From: an uncultured virus (IMG/VR IMGVR_UViG_2061766007_004329)
Taxonomy: Duplodnaviria; Heunggongvirae; Uroviricota; Caudoviricetes
Direction: 5' to 3' (one strand)
Length of the DNA stretch: 64,000 nt
Virus record (IMG/VR): IMGVR_UViG_2061766007_004329
Below are positions 50,583-60,438 of this stretch, piece after piece. Made by a program: the position numbers and the translations under genes. The stretch's first letter is position 1, and each line of letters opens with the position of its first letter. The notes below the pieces were generated by a model. That model ran no database searches. It worked only from the letters and a program-made list of their open reading frames with translations, and had not been told where the DNA came from.

Positions 50583-53013
50583 AAAACACAGCTTCCGTAC
50601 CCGAGCGGATGTAGCAACGCTGCGGGCCATAGGGCGGACGTCGAATTGAGCCGTTTCTGTTGCCGGAGTACTTCTCCCAGCCGCCGATCTTCATCAGCAT
50701 GCCGAAGATGTCGTATGTATCCGCGCGTTTGATGGCCGCCGGATCGCGTCCGAAGCACTCAGCCCACACCTCCACGGCGGAAACCGCCGTGCGTTTGACT
50801 GTGCCCGCACGGTTGCCCGCCGTGAGCATATCGCCTCGGAGGAAGGCGCGGCGCTCGGAAATATCCATGTCGTCCCAATCCTCGGGCAGCAGCGCTTCGA
50901 GATACTCGGAGATCATGCCCTCCCGCACATCGGATTCCAGCGCGGCTACCTGTTCCTGATTGGCCGCAGCTTCCAGCTCCGTCGTGAGGTACAGCGGTTC
51001 ATCCTCGCGGTAGTAATGATACGCTTCCGCCCACAGCTGGGGCACGACGTTCTCGACTTCCCACGGATGGTGCGGACTGTTTTCAGAACAGGTCACCGGC
51101 CAGAAACGCCGATTTCCGGTGATGTCGCGCAGGAATCCGTCGTTTGTGTTCGTGCTACCCACGATGATGCACTGTCGGGGGTGATCCTCAACGCTGTAGC
51201 CGTAGCTATGCCGGAACTTGTCGTCTTGCCGTGTGATGAACGCTTTGACCGTCTCGACATCGACCTTCTTCAATCCGGCCAGCTCGCCCAGTTCCAGAAT
51301 CCAATAGCCCTGCAGCTTTTCCGGCGCGGCCTTGTCGCGCATGTCACCGATGGTCAGGGAATCGGAGAACCACTTGCCGCCGATCTTAGCGAAAAACGAG
51401 GATTTGCCCATACCCTGCGGGCCTACCAGCACAACGACACTGTCGAACTTCACGCCGGGTTTGTACACGCGGGCGACAGCAGCGACCATCATCTTCCGGG
51501 CAACAGCGCGGTTGTACGATGTGTCCATCGCTCCGAGATAGTCGATGAAGAGGTGTTCCAGCCTTGGTGTACCGTCCCACTCAGGCAGCGCTTCGATGTA
51601 GTCGCGGATGGGATGGTATGCCCGTTCCGCTGCCACGGCGAGAAGGATGCCTTTTAGTTTCGTAGGCGTGTACAGCCCATACACGCGCTCCAGGTAGATC
51701 TGCAGCGATCCCAAATCAGACTCCGTCCAGCCAGGCTTGATTTGACGCCAGGGGAGCGTGGTCTTACCCTCCTGATCATGGCGCACATCGATGCCGCTGC
51801 GGTGGATGTTGTAGGAGATGTCCTTTAGCCGGGGATCATTGCGCAGGATCAGAGCGAGGTTGCCAAGGGTGTCTTTCACTTTCCCTTGTTTGTCCACGAC
51901 CAGCTCAGCCTGCCAGTCATCGCCTGGTTCGTTGGCAGGTTCATCTGCGAAATCGGCCTCCGCCTGCTCCATGCGCTCCTGCGCCAGCTGCCGCCTTGTA
52001 GCCTCGTCGTTTGAGGCGTACTCGCGCATAAGCTGGATGGACTTCTGGTCGGTGTCGATGACAGTGCCGTCCTCAGTCTTGCTGCCGGGGGTGAACAGAT
52101 GCCAGCGCACCAGATCAAAGGCGTTGCACAGCTTTCCGGAGCTGGGGTCAGTCGCATGATGGGAATAAGCGAACTTGTCGTCATATACCACGAGGCCGCC
52201 CACGGAGGTGCCGCCCACATAGGTATATCGACCGTCTATGACGGTGGGGGTGTAGAAGGAGGAGAGTATATTCTCCAGCACATCTGTCATGCTGTGAGCA
52301 CGGCAGAATGCGCCGATGATGCCGCTCTTGGTCAGCGGGTCCTCGGCCTTTGCTGTCGTGGAGTGCATTCTCTCTTCCACCGGCTGTGTGGTCGGCCACA
52401 GCGAGGTGTCCTTCCAGTCAGCATAGCTGGCCAGCACAGCGTCCGGATCGAGGAATGACGCGTCCTCATACCTAAACACATACTCGCCGTCCTCCGGCGT
52501 GCTCGGCCAGTACATCAGGCGGGCAGGCTCGAAGGTGGTGGGGTCGAAGCGGGTCAGCGTCAGGTCGCCCGCAATCCTCCTCGCAATGGCGGCATACTCG
52601 TCCGGCGTCACCGTCCGTGCCAGTGGAATGATGATGCGCAGGCGCATCTGTTCCGGCGTATGGCTGTGTGTGGAGTACAGCGCATAAGCATTGATAAACG
52701 TCATATCCAGATCATCCAGCAAGCTGGGCTCTGCATTGTCAGCGTCCAGACAGACGGCGCATCGGTTGACCACCGAGGCGTTGTTTCGTTTGCCGCCTTT
52801 CAAATAGCCTGCCACGAAACCGCCCACATCCTTGCAGCGGTTCTTGTCCTCCTTGCTCATGGCGGCATACTCAGCCACAGTTTCCCGTGTGCGTGTAGTC
52901 GTGGAGAGCTTGTCCAGCAGTTCGCTCCACATGATTTCTTTGTTCTGCCAGTGTTTCGCCATCCGGCTCTTGCCTACACCCACCAGCAGCTTCTTGTCAT
53001 GGGTCACTTTCAA
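50581..53013 (-). CDS. Primase-helicase with VirE (virulence-associated E) domain
   Basis: YSTHSH primase-like motif, GPQGMGKS, ELGEL, TGNRRFWPV. Confidence 0.92.
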   Translation of the reverse strand: MKVTHDKKLLVGVGKSRMAKHWQNKEIMWSELLDKLSTTTRTRETVAEYAAMSKEDKNRCKDVGGFVAGYLKGGKRNNASVVNRCAVCLDADNAEPSLLDDLDMTFINAYALYSTHSHTPEQMRLRIIIPLARTVTPDEYAAIARRIAGDLTLTRFDPTTFEPARLMYWPSTPEDGEYVFRYEDASFLDPDAVLASYADWKDTSLWPTTQPVEERMHSTTAKAEDPLTKSGIIGAFCRAHSMTDVLENILSSFYTPTVIDGRYTYVGGTSVGGLVVYDDKFAYSHHATDPSSGKLCNAFDLVRWHLFTPGSKTEDGTVIDTDQKSIQLMREYASNDEATRRQLAQERMEQAEADFADEPANEPGDDWQAELVVDKQGKVKDTLGNLALILRNDPRLKDISYNIHRSGIDVRHDQEGKTTLPWRQIKPGWTESDLGSLQIYLERVYGLYTPTKLKGILLAVAAERAYHPIRDYIEALPEWDGTPRLEHLFIDYLGAMDTSYNRAVARKMMVAAVARVYKPGVKFDSVVVLVGPQGMGKSSFFAKIGGKWFSDSLTIGDMRDKAAPEKLQGYWILELGELAGLKKVDVETVKAFITRQDDKFRHSYGYSVEDHPRQCIIVGSTNTNDGFLRDITGNRRFWPVTCSENSPHHPWEVENVVPQLWAEAYHYYREDEPLYLTTELEAAANQEQVAALESDVREGMISEYLEALLPEDWDDMDISERRAFLRGDMLTAGNRAGTVKRTAVSAVEVWAECFGRDPAAIKRADTYDIFGMLMKIGGWEKYSGNRNGSIRRPPYGPQRCYIRSGTEAVF

Positions 53014-53220
53014 AGATATTTCCTCCTGTTCGCCATCGAATGTGTACATGAAAAGAACCCGCACACATGACTGTGCACGGTGTTTAAAATGGGTTTATAA
53101 CTCGTCCCTGGCCTGAATCTTTAGAGCATGATATTCACTGAGCAACTTTCCTGCGTCATTCTTCAGCGGCAATCTCCTTCAATGCTGCCTTGGAAAGAAG
53201 ATGGAGAATTTCCTGCCTGA

Positions 53221-53589
53221 TCACCCGATGAACCTCTGCTTTCCATCCTCACTGAACACGATGATTCCCCTGGGTGTCCAGGCAAAAGCCTCGCGGTAAT
53301 AGAACATCTTCTCATACTTCTCCGCCATGTCGTCGGGGAGATCAGTGAAGTCCTCCTCATCTATTCCGCAAATGAAGAAAGTACCAGCGATGACATCAAT
53401 CCCGGCAATCGCACGGTTCAGTCTGGAGTTCTTATTCTTGCCTTCTTCGTCACAGACGATTGCGACCGGATCATCAAACGGATACAATGCTTCGATATAG
53501 CCTTCGACCACTCTTTGCATTTCCTCCAGGGTGTGCGGTATATCTGCCCGACGTGGATGTTTCCCCGGTTCAATGATCAGAATCTTCAC
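53221..53589 (-). CDS. DUF3846-like protein
   Basis: LEEMQRVVEGYIE, CDEEGK, NR, IAGTFFICG. Confidence 0.8.
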   Translation of the reverse strand: MKILIIEPGKHPRRADIPHTLEEMQRVVEGYIEALYPFDDPVAIVCDEEGKNKNSRLNRAIAGIDVIAGTFFICGIDEEDFTDLPDDMAEKYEKMFYYREAFAWTPRGIIVFSEDGKQRFIG

Positions 53590-53924
53590 GCATGATCCCC
53601 CTTTCCGCTGTCCCAGGAAAAGCGTTCCCACGGTATGTCACAAGCAGGACGCTCGGCACCGCATGCGTACCAAAGCCGCCAGGACTTACCATAGGAGAGC
53701 AGTTCGTAGGTCCCGCCGCCTTCAATATAAACATCCGCGTTTCCCTTACCAGCTGTGTCATAAAAGACCGTCAAAATCCCCGGAGCCAAGGGAAACCAGC
53801 CCACATGCGAATGCTCATAATAACGCATGTTCACTTCTATCCAGACCGGTATCGGCTGGAATGCGTCACCCTGTCTTTGCATTGCCTGTAAGTCTTCAAG
53901 GGACATTATCTGACAGTGTTCCAT
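53586..53924 (-). CDS. Hypothetical protein
   Basis: AAGGAGG RBS; YGKSWRLW motif. Confidence 0.65.
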   Translation of the reverse strand: MEHCQIMSLEDLQAMQRQGDAFQPIPVWIEVNMRYYEHSHVGWFPLAPGILTVFYDTAGKGNADVYIEGGGTYELLSYGKSWRLWYACGAERPACDIPWERFSWDSGKGDHA

Positions 53925-54017
53925 CCGCTAAGCCTCCTTCTTGAATTGGGTAGTGGTACTATCGCTCTACCCAGCCTGAATAGCAATGGCTGTAATGATA
54001 ACTCGTTGATAACTCGT

Positions 54018-55958
54018 TCATCCCTTGCGGTATGAAGCGCACTCATAGCCGTCTGCGCGAAGGGGCAGGTCTCTGCACCAGTCGGGCGTTTCGCCCATGA
54101 TCATACATGCCTCTTCGACAGAGCCGACACCGGTGGGCATCTCCATCACGCACTCATCGTGGACGTGAAACACAATGCGGTAACCATGAGCTTCCAGATT
54201 CAGCATGGCATGCGCCAGCAGGTCGCGGGCGATAGCCTGCGTCACGTTCTCGCAGGCTTTGCCGCCGAAAGTCTCCTGCACACCAAGCTGTCCGTTTGCC
54301 ATAGGCGCAAGATACCCGATACCGTCGTTCCCGAATCGGTTCGGAACCGTACGCGGGGAGAGATAGCACAGATCGCGACCAGATGGCAGCCGGATCAGCA
54401 GTTTCTCGTCCCGCCAATACAGAATGACTTTGCCCACACGCACAGAGCCGTGGACATGGATCACTCTACGCATGCTGCGATCCATCGCGTTCCAGAAAGC
54501 CACGATGTGCGGGTTGGCCTCCCGCCAGGCATCCACCAGCGGCTGCATTTCATCCTCGGGCATCTTCGCGCCCATATTCTTCAAAGCGCCAACACCGCCG
54601 CCATAGCCGCAGCTCAGTGTGGCCTGCTTGCCCTTCTGCCTGTACTCATAATTCGGATTCCCCTTGACAATGCTCTCCTTAGGTACATGGTACATGCGCG
54701 AGGCGGTTGCCTCGTAAATCTTGCCCGCGCCTCTGAATTCTTCCAGTACCCATTCTTCACTGGCAAGCCATGCCAGAACACGCGCTTCGATGGCGCTGAA
54801 ATCAGCCACGATAAAACGGGACCCATCCCTGGGGATGAGCGCCGTGCGAATGAGCTCTGAGAGAGTGTTGGGCACAGAGCCGTACAGCAGCTCCACTAGT
54901 TCCGTATCTCCGGCTTTCACAATACTGCCCGCCAGATCGAGATCTTCCAGATGGTTCTGCGGCAGGTTTTGCACCTGCAGCAATCGGCCTGCCCATCTGC
55001 CTGTACGATTGGCCCCATAATACTGCAGCATGCCATGAACACGTCCGTCCCGGCACACACAGCGGGCGATGGTCTCATATTTCTTGATGGATGTCTTGGA
55101 CAGTTCCAGACGGAGCGACAAGAGTTCCGAAACCAGACCTTCCGTGTTCGCCGCCTTTTCCTGTACCAGCTTCTTGGCCAGAGACTCCATCGGCACATCC
55201 TGATCGGCGAGCCATTCCTTGAGCTGTGCCACACTGCCCGGGTTTTCCAAACCGGTGATCTTCTTCGCACGCTGATACGCAGCTTCACTGAACTGCGAAT
55301 CGACCGCCATGGCCTGTTTCACCAGCAGCTTATCCACGCGGACACCCCGGTCGTTGATCATCTGATCCAGCGCGTACAGTTCCCATTCCGACTCTGGTAT
55401 GGGATGGGCTTCGCAGGCTTTCCGAACAGCACGTTCCGTCTCCACGTCCTGCGCGTTGTACCGCTTGTACACTGACCACTTCTCCGGCGCTTGCTCCGGA
55501 AGGTTTCGAGTTCTGCCGTTGTTTGCCTTGGTTGGCTTACAGGGCACCGAAAAGTACCGGATCAGGTCTTTGCCTTCTTCCATCTTCTGCTCAGTGACAG
55601 CCAAGGCGACGGCAGCGTCTGCCAATCGCGCGGGCATGGTGAGGTATGCAGCCATCGCAGCCGTACAGCGCCATTGACGCGGGTCGAGCCAATGACCGAG
55701 GTATCTGGACAGACACACGCGCTCGAACTGCGCGTTGTACGCTGCCTTGATGACCTCTGGGTTTTCCAGATCCGCAAGCACATTGTCCGGCAGGCGTTCG
55801 CCGCAGGCCAGATCTACGGTGCGCACCGGTTCGTCGTCATAGGCATAGGAGAACAGCAGGATTTCAAATTCATCGGTATCGACATACCGGTACACGCCGG
55901 TCTTTGACAGCGGCACCGGACTGTAGGTCTCAATATCGATGCCGAGGATTGGTTTCAT
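54018..55958 (-). CDS. Phage DNA polymerase, family A
   Basis: DIETYS exonuclease, TGRWAG, ADFSAIEARV, HVHDE. Confidence 0.95.
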   Translation of the reverse strand: MKPILGIDIETYSPVPLSKTGVYRYVDTDEFEILLFSYAYDDEPVRTVDLACGERLPDNVLADLENPEVIKAAYNAQFERVCLSRYLGHWLDPRQWRCTAAMAAYLTMPARLADAAVALAVTEQKMEEGKDLIRYFSVPCKPTKANNGRTRNLPEQAPEKWSVYKRYNAQDVETERAVRKACEAHPIPESEWELYALDQMINDRGVRVDKLLVKQAMAVDSQFSEAAYQRAKKITGLENPGSVAQLKEWLADQDVPMESLAKKLVQEKAANTEGLVSELLSLRLELSKTSIKKYETIARCVCRDGRVHGMLQYYGANRTGRWAGRLLQVQNLPQNHLEDLDLAGSIVKAGDTELVELLYGSVPNTLSELIRTALIPRDGSRFIVADFSAIEARVLAWLASEEWVLEEFRGAGKIYEATASRMYHVPKESIVKGNPNYEYRQKGKQATLSCGYGGGVGALKNMGAKMPEDEMQPLVDAWREANPHIVAFWNAMDRSMRRVIHVHGSVRVGKVILYWRDEKLLIRLPSGRDLCYLSPRTVPNRFGNDGIGYLAPMANGQLGVQETFGGKACENVTQAIARDLLAHAMLNLEAHGYRIVFHVHDECVMEMPTGVGSVEEACMIMGETPDWCRDLPLRADGYECASYRKG

Positions 55959-56035
55959 AGGATCACCTCAAATAACAGCCGCCCGCAGAACATTCCACGG
56001 GCGGCACAGTTGGAGCACAAGTGGGCTAAATGGCA

Positions 56036-56320
56036 TCAGCTCAGGAAATCATCATCGTCATCCGAATCCAGTGCATCGAATTCATCCTCGGCACGCACTC
56101 GGCTGGTTAGGGGTTCGCCGTCTGCCCAGAACTGGACATTGCTCAGACCGGCAGCCACACCCTTGTTCCCATTCACATTGAAAGGATAGAAGTTGACACT
56201 TGCACGGACGTAGCATCCGGAGTACACGCTCAGCGGGTCGGTGATGGGGATGCGCTTGCGATCCACGACGCCGGGCTTTTCCAGACTCGTCGCGTTCACG
56301 AAGTAGGCGTCCTGATACGC
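56036..56320 (-). CDS. DUF2815 ssDNA-binding protein, partial extra copy
   Basis: Near-identical to the C-terminus of 56337-56879; bounded by a gap. Confidence 0.7.
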   Translation of the reverse strand, partial: AYQDAYFVNATSLEKPGVVDRKRIPITDPLSVYSGCYVRASVNFYPFNVNGNKGVAAGLSNVQFWADGEPLTSRVRAEDEFDALDSDDDDDFLS

Positions 56321-56336
56321 NNNNNNNNNNACGGCA

Positions 56337-56879
56337 TCAGTTCAGGAAATCCTCGTCGTCATCCGCGTCCAGCGCGTCGAACTCGTCCTCTGCACGCACA
56401 CGGCTGGTCAGAGGTTCGCCGTCCGCCCAGAACTGGACGTTGCTCAGACCGGCGGCCACACCCTTGTTCCCGTTCACATTGAAAGGATAGAAGTTTACGC
56501 TTGCTCGGACGTAGCAGCCGGAGTACACGCTCAGCGGGTCGGTGATGGGGATGCGCTTGCGATCCACAACACCGGGCTTTTCCAGACTCGTCGCGTTCAC
56601 GAAGTAGGCGTCCTGATACGCCTCGTCCTCTTCGCGGTCGATGTCGCCGTCGCGCAGCGGCAGCTTCAGGTTCGGCGGGCGCTTGCCGCCCCACTTGCCG
56701 GAGATGCCGTTCTGGATGGCTTCTTCGATGGCAGCTTTGATCTCGCTGACTGTTTTGCTGTCGGACTTGGGAATAATGAGCGACAGGGAATACTTGGGAT
56801 CGCTCCCGTTGACGCTCTGCGGCTCGAAGATGTGTACGAAAGACGCGCGGCACTTGCCTGTGATAACCTTGGTAGACAT
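56337..56879 (-). CDS. DUF2815 (gp2.5-like) ssDNA-binding protein
   Basis: KYSLSLIIPK, LPLRDGD, YSGCY, acidic tail. Confidence 0.9.
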   Translation of the reverse strand: MSTKVITGKCRASFVHIFEPQSVNGSDPKYSLSLIIPKSDSKTVSEIKAAIEEAIQNGISGKWGGKRPPNLKLPLRDGDIDREEDEAYQDAYFVNATSLEKPGVVDRKRIPITDPLSVYSGCYVRASVNFYPFNVNGNKGVAAGLSNVQFWADGEPLTSRVRAEDEFDALDADDDEDFLN

Positions 56880-56916
56880 AATTGCTTTCCCTTTCTCCCC
56901 TTACAGGGGCCTGTCG

Positions 56917-58086
56917 TTACTGTGCAAAATCGGAAGCTGCGCTGGAGATCGCCTGCCGGGGATCTGAAATCGGCACCAGCATCGGAGCGCCTTCGGGCTT
57001 GTACACCAGATCACCGAGCACATCTTTGAACGCCTTTCTGCCCATGCGCTTCTCCAAATCTCCCACGCCCAGCAGCGTGGTCTTGTAGATGTCTGTGTAC
57101 CCGGCGTCAGTACATGCCCTGATGACCTCGGCTTCGCTGGTGTATTTGCGGACGGTGCGTCCGGCCACCAGCTTGTAGCCAGTCCACTGTTTGCCCTCAA
57201 CGGCCTGCTGCGTCGCAAAGGCGAGAAGGTCCTGAACCCAGTTGTTGAGCGCCTCGGCGATGGGCAGCATGTCGGCGATTTCCTCGTCGGTCAGCAGATC
57301 GGGCTGTTTGAAGTCCCGCCTGGCCAGCTGCATGAAATACTCGCTGCGGGCGCGGCAGGTGTGACGGGCCTTGCACCACCGGCAGTGTTCACCGGCGCAG
57401 AACTCGCCTTCGCCCTTCTGGGCCAGCAGCGCCCTCGGGTGCAGGTATTCGTCCGCCCACCTGATCAGCTCGTCCGCGCCCATCTCGAAGGAGGAGATGT
57501 TCTGAAGACGGGGCTGCACGATGGTCATGCGCAGCGTCCTGATGTCGTACAGCGGATCGAACTCCAGCAAAGCTCCGAGACCGTACAGCATCAGCTGGCT
57601 GTTGTGGTCGGCGTTCACACGAACCCCGCGCCCGCCCTTGAAGTCGATGACTTCGATCACGCCGTCCGCAATGGCTATAAAATCGCCGGTGCCGAAGCCA
57701 CCCGGCACATACTTGCTGAAGTCCAGCCTGTGCTCCACGGCGATGTAGGGATCAGGGCAGGACAGACGGATCGCCTCGATGATCTCAATGCAGTGATTGA
57801 CGTACACATCGGTGACCTCTTCGGCCTCATCCGTGTAGAAATCGCTGTTGCGGTGTTCGGCGTACTGACGCTCGATCACGTCAGGCGTCATGTCGCCCAG
57901 ATACCTGTGGAGCTTCAGCTCGCACAGCTCGTGGAGGAACGTGCCTTCCTCGGCGAACACTGAAGGCTTGTCCTGAAACTGTGCCGACAGCATGGCGCTG
58001 GGGGTACACTTGAGCCAGCGCTCAGAAGAGGAGGGCCCTAGCTCCGAGTGGCTGCGTTCACTGTGCTGAATGACCTGATCTTTCAC
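56917..58086 (-). CDS. DUF2800 Cas4-like PD-(D/E)xK nuclease, copy A
   Basis: SSERWLKC, GFGTGD, IDFKGG, QLMLY, HCRWCK...C. Confidence 0.9.
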   Translation of the reverse strand: MKDQVIQHSERSHSELGPSSSERWLKCTPSAMLSAQFQDKPSVFAEEGTFLHELCELKLHRYLGDMTPDVIERQYAEHRNSDFYTDEAEEVTDVYVNHCIEIIEAIRLSCPDPYIAVEHRLDFSKYVPGGFGTGDFIAIADGVIEVIDFKGGRGVRVNADHNSQLMLYGLGALLEFDPLYDIRTLRMTIVQPRLQNISSFEMGADELIRWADEYLHPRALLAQKGEGEFCAGEHCRWCKARHTCRARSEYFMQLARRDFKQPDLLTDEEIADMLPIAEALNNWVQDLLAFATQQAVEGKQWTGYKLVAGRTVRKYTSEAEVIRACTDAGYTDIYKTTLLGVGDLEKRMGRKAFKDVLGDLVYKPEGAPMLVPISDPRQAISSAASDFAQ

Positions 58087-58493
58087 AGCTTATTCACCTC
58101 ATCCATGAGTGGGCCATACTTGTCTTCAGGCAGCTCGGTCAGCTTCGACACGCCGAAGCCCTTTAGGATCGCCTTGATTTTTCCCCTGTTTTCCGGTTTC
58201 GTGCGCTCGGCAACAAAGGCGCGGACCTCTGTGATGGTGTACTTCTTGGCGGGCGGGGTGTTCGTCGGTGTCGGCTCATTCGCCAATGAAGCCTCGGCTT
58301 CAGCGACCCACTCGGGATCGACCGTCGTCTTGCCGGTAATTTCTGCCGCTTCGTTCTCAGCCTTCTTCGCGGCCAGCTGCTCCGCACAGTCGTCCACCAC
58401 GATCTGCATCGCTGCCGCCATCGCCTGCGCTTCATCTGCCATTGCCTGCGCATGGCTGGCAATGTCGGCCAGCATCTTCAAGCTCATCGTCAT
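58083..58493 (-). CDS. Phage hypothetical protein, copy A
   Basis: GVSKLTELPEDKY C-terminal motif. Confidence 0.75.
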   Translation of the reverse strand: MTMSLKMLADIASHAQAMADEAQAMAAAMQIVVDDCAEQLAAKKAENEAAEITGKTTVDPEWVAEAEASLANEPTPTNTPPAKKYTITEVRAFVAERTKPENRGKIKAILKGFGVSKLTELPEDKYGPLMDEVNKL

Positions 58494-58644
58494 TTCCTTT
58501 TCCTCCTTTTTAGTAGTCGTACTGTGCCAGTTCCCGGAGCTTGTCCGCCATGTCGTCCTGCTCCCAGGGAAGGTTGAGATCGGTGCGCCCGTAATGTCCG
58601 TACACGGAGATCAGGCTGTAGCTCGGCGTGGTCAGCTTGAGCCG
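58490..58644 (-). other. Second, divergent copy of the metK 3' end next to a gap
   Basis: Similar to 60439-60575 (YGH.GRTDLNLPWEQDDMAD). Confidence 0.7.
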
Positions 58645-58654
58645 NNNNNNNNNN

Positions 58655-58813
58655 CTCTTCGATGGCGGCTTTGATCTCGCCGACTGTTTTGCTGTCGGAC
58701 TTGGGGATGATGAGCGACAGGGAATACTTGGGGTCGGAGCCGTTCACGCTCTGCGGCTCGAAGATGTGTACGAAAGACGCGCGGCACTTGCCTGTGATAA
58801 CTTTGGTAGACAT
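58655..58813 (-). CDS. DUF2815 N-terminal fragment truncated by a gap
   Basis: MSTKVITGKCRASF..., as in 56879. Confidence 0.7.
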
Positions 58814-58851
58814 AATATCTTTCCTTTCTCCCCTCTATGGGGTGTTCGCCT

Positions 58852-60021
58852 TTACCATTCAAAATCGGAAGCCGTGGCTGATAAAGCCTGCCGGGGATCG
58901 GACACCGGTACCAGTGTAGGCGCGCCTTCTGGCTTGTACACCAGTTTGCCCAGTACGTCCCGGAAAGCCTTCCTGCCCATGCGCTTTTCCAGATCGCCCA
59001 CACCCAGCAGCGTGGTCTTGTAGATGTCCGTGTACCCGGCGTCAGTACAGGCTTTGATGACCTCAGCCTCGCTTGTGTACTTCCGGACAGTGCGTCCCGC
59101 CACCAGCTTGTAGCCAGCCCACTGTTTGCCCTCAATGGCCTGTTGCGTTGCAAAGGCCAGCATGTCCTGCACCCAATTGTTGAGCGCTTCAGCGATGGGC
59201 AGCATGTCGGCTATCTCCTCGTCGGTCAGCAGGTCGGGCTGCTTGAAATCGCGCCTGGCCAGCTGCATGAAATACTCGCTGCGGGCACGGCAGGTGTGGC
59301 GGGCCTTGCACCAGCGGCAGTGTTCGCCCGCACAGAACTCCCCCTCGCCCTTCTGCGCCAGCAGCGCTCGCGGGTGCAGATACTCGTCTGCCCACCTGAG
59401 CAACTCGTTGGCATCCATCTCGAAGGAGGAGATATTCTGGAGCCTGGGCTGCACGATGGTCATGCGCACGGTCTTGATATCGTACAGCGGATCAAACTCC
59501 AGCAGGGCGCCCAGGCCGTACAGCATGAGCTGGCTGTTGTGATCCGCATTCACCCGGACTCCGCGCCCGCCTTTGAAATCGATCACCTCAATCACGCCAT
59601 CCGCGATGGCGATGAAATCACCTGTGCCGAAACCATCCGGCACATATTCGCTGAAATCCAGCCTGTGTTCCACTGCAATATAGGGATCTGGGCAGGACAG
59701 GCGGATCGCTTCGATCACTTCAATGCAGTGGTTGACGTACTCATCGGTGACTTCTTCGGCCTCATCCGAATAGAAATCGTTGTCCCGATGCTCTGCATAC
59801 TGGCGTTCAATGACGTCCTGTGTCATGTCGCCGAGATACCTGTGGAGCTTCAGCTCGCACAGTTCATGGAGGAATGTGCCCTCTTCGGCATAGACCGAGG
59901 GCTTATCCTGAAACTGCGCTGACAGCACTGCGCTGGGCGTACACTTGAGCCAGCGTTCTGAGGACGAAGGGCCAAGCTCCGAGTGCCCGCGCCCACTGTG
60001 CTGAATCACCTGGTCTTTCAC
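58852..60021 (-). CDS. DUF2800 Cas4-like nuclease, copy B
   Basis: Same length (389 aa) and motifs as copy A. Confidence 0.9.
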   Translation of the reverse strand: MKDQVIQHSGRGHSELGPSSSERWLKCTPSAVLSAQFQDKPSVYAEEGTFLHELCELKLHRYLGDMTQDVIERQYAEHRDNDFYSDEAEEVTDEYVNHCIEVIEAIRLSCPDPYIAVEHRLDFSEYVPDGFGTGDFIAIADGVIEVIDFKGGRGVRVNADHNSQLMLYGLGALLEFDPLYDIKTVRMTIVQPRLQNISSFEMDANELLRWADEYLHPRALLAQKGEGEFCAGEHCRWCKARHTCRARSEYFMQLARRDFKQPDLLTDEEIADMLPIAEALNNWVQDMLAFATQQAIEGKQWAGYKLVAGRTVRKYTSEAEVIKACTDAGYTDIYKTTLLGVGDLEKRMGRKAFRDVLGKLVYKPEGAPTLVPVSDPRQALSATASDFEW

Positions 60022-60422
60022 AGCCTGCTCACCTCATCCATCAGCTGCCCATACTTGTCCTCCGGCAGCTCCGTCAGCTTGGACACGCCAAAGCCATTCA
60101 GAATGGCCTTGATCTGGGCCCGATTCTCCGGCTTGGTGCGTTCCGCAATGAACGCCCGTACTTCCGTGATGCTGTACTTCTTCGCAGGCGTATCCGGCAG
60201 CAGTTCGTTTACCACAGGGGCTTCAGCCTCAGCGACTAATTCGGGTTCTACCACCGTCTTGCCAGCCACACCCTCCGCCTCGTTTTCGGCTTTCTTAGCG
60301 GCCAGCTGCTCAGCACAGTCGTCCACCACAATCTGCATGGCCGCCGCCATCGCCTGCGCTTCATCGGCTATCGCCTGCGCATGGGCGGCGATGTCAGCCA
60401 GCATCTTTAAACTCATCGTCAT
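60018..60422 (-). CDS. Phage hypothetical protein, copy B
   Basis: Paralog of 58083-58493. Confidence 0.75.
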   Translation of the reverse strand: MTMSLKMLADIAAHAQAIADEAQAMAAAMQIVVDDCAEQLAAKKAENEAEGVAGKTVVEPELVAEAEAPVVNELLPDTPAKKYSITEVRAFIAERTKPENRAQIKAILNGFGVSKLTELPEDKYGQLMDEVSRL

Positions 60423-60438
60423 TTTGTTTGTCCTCCCA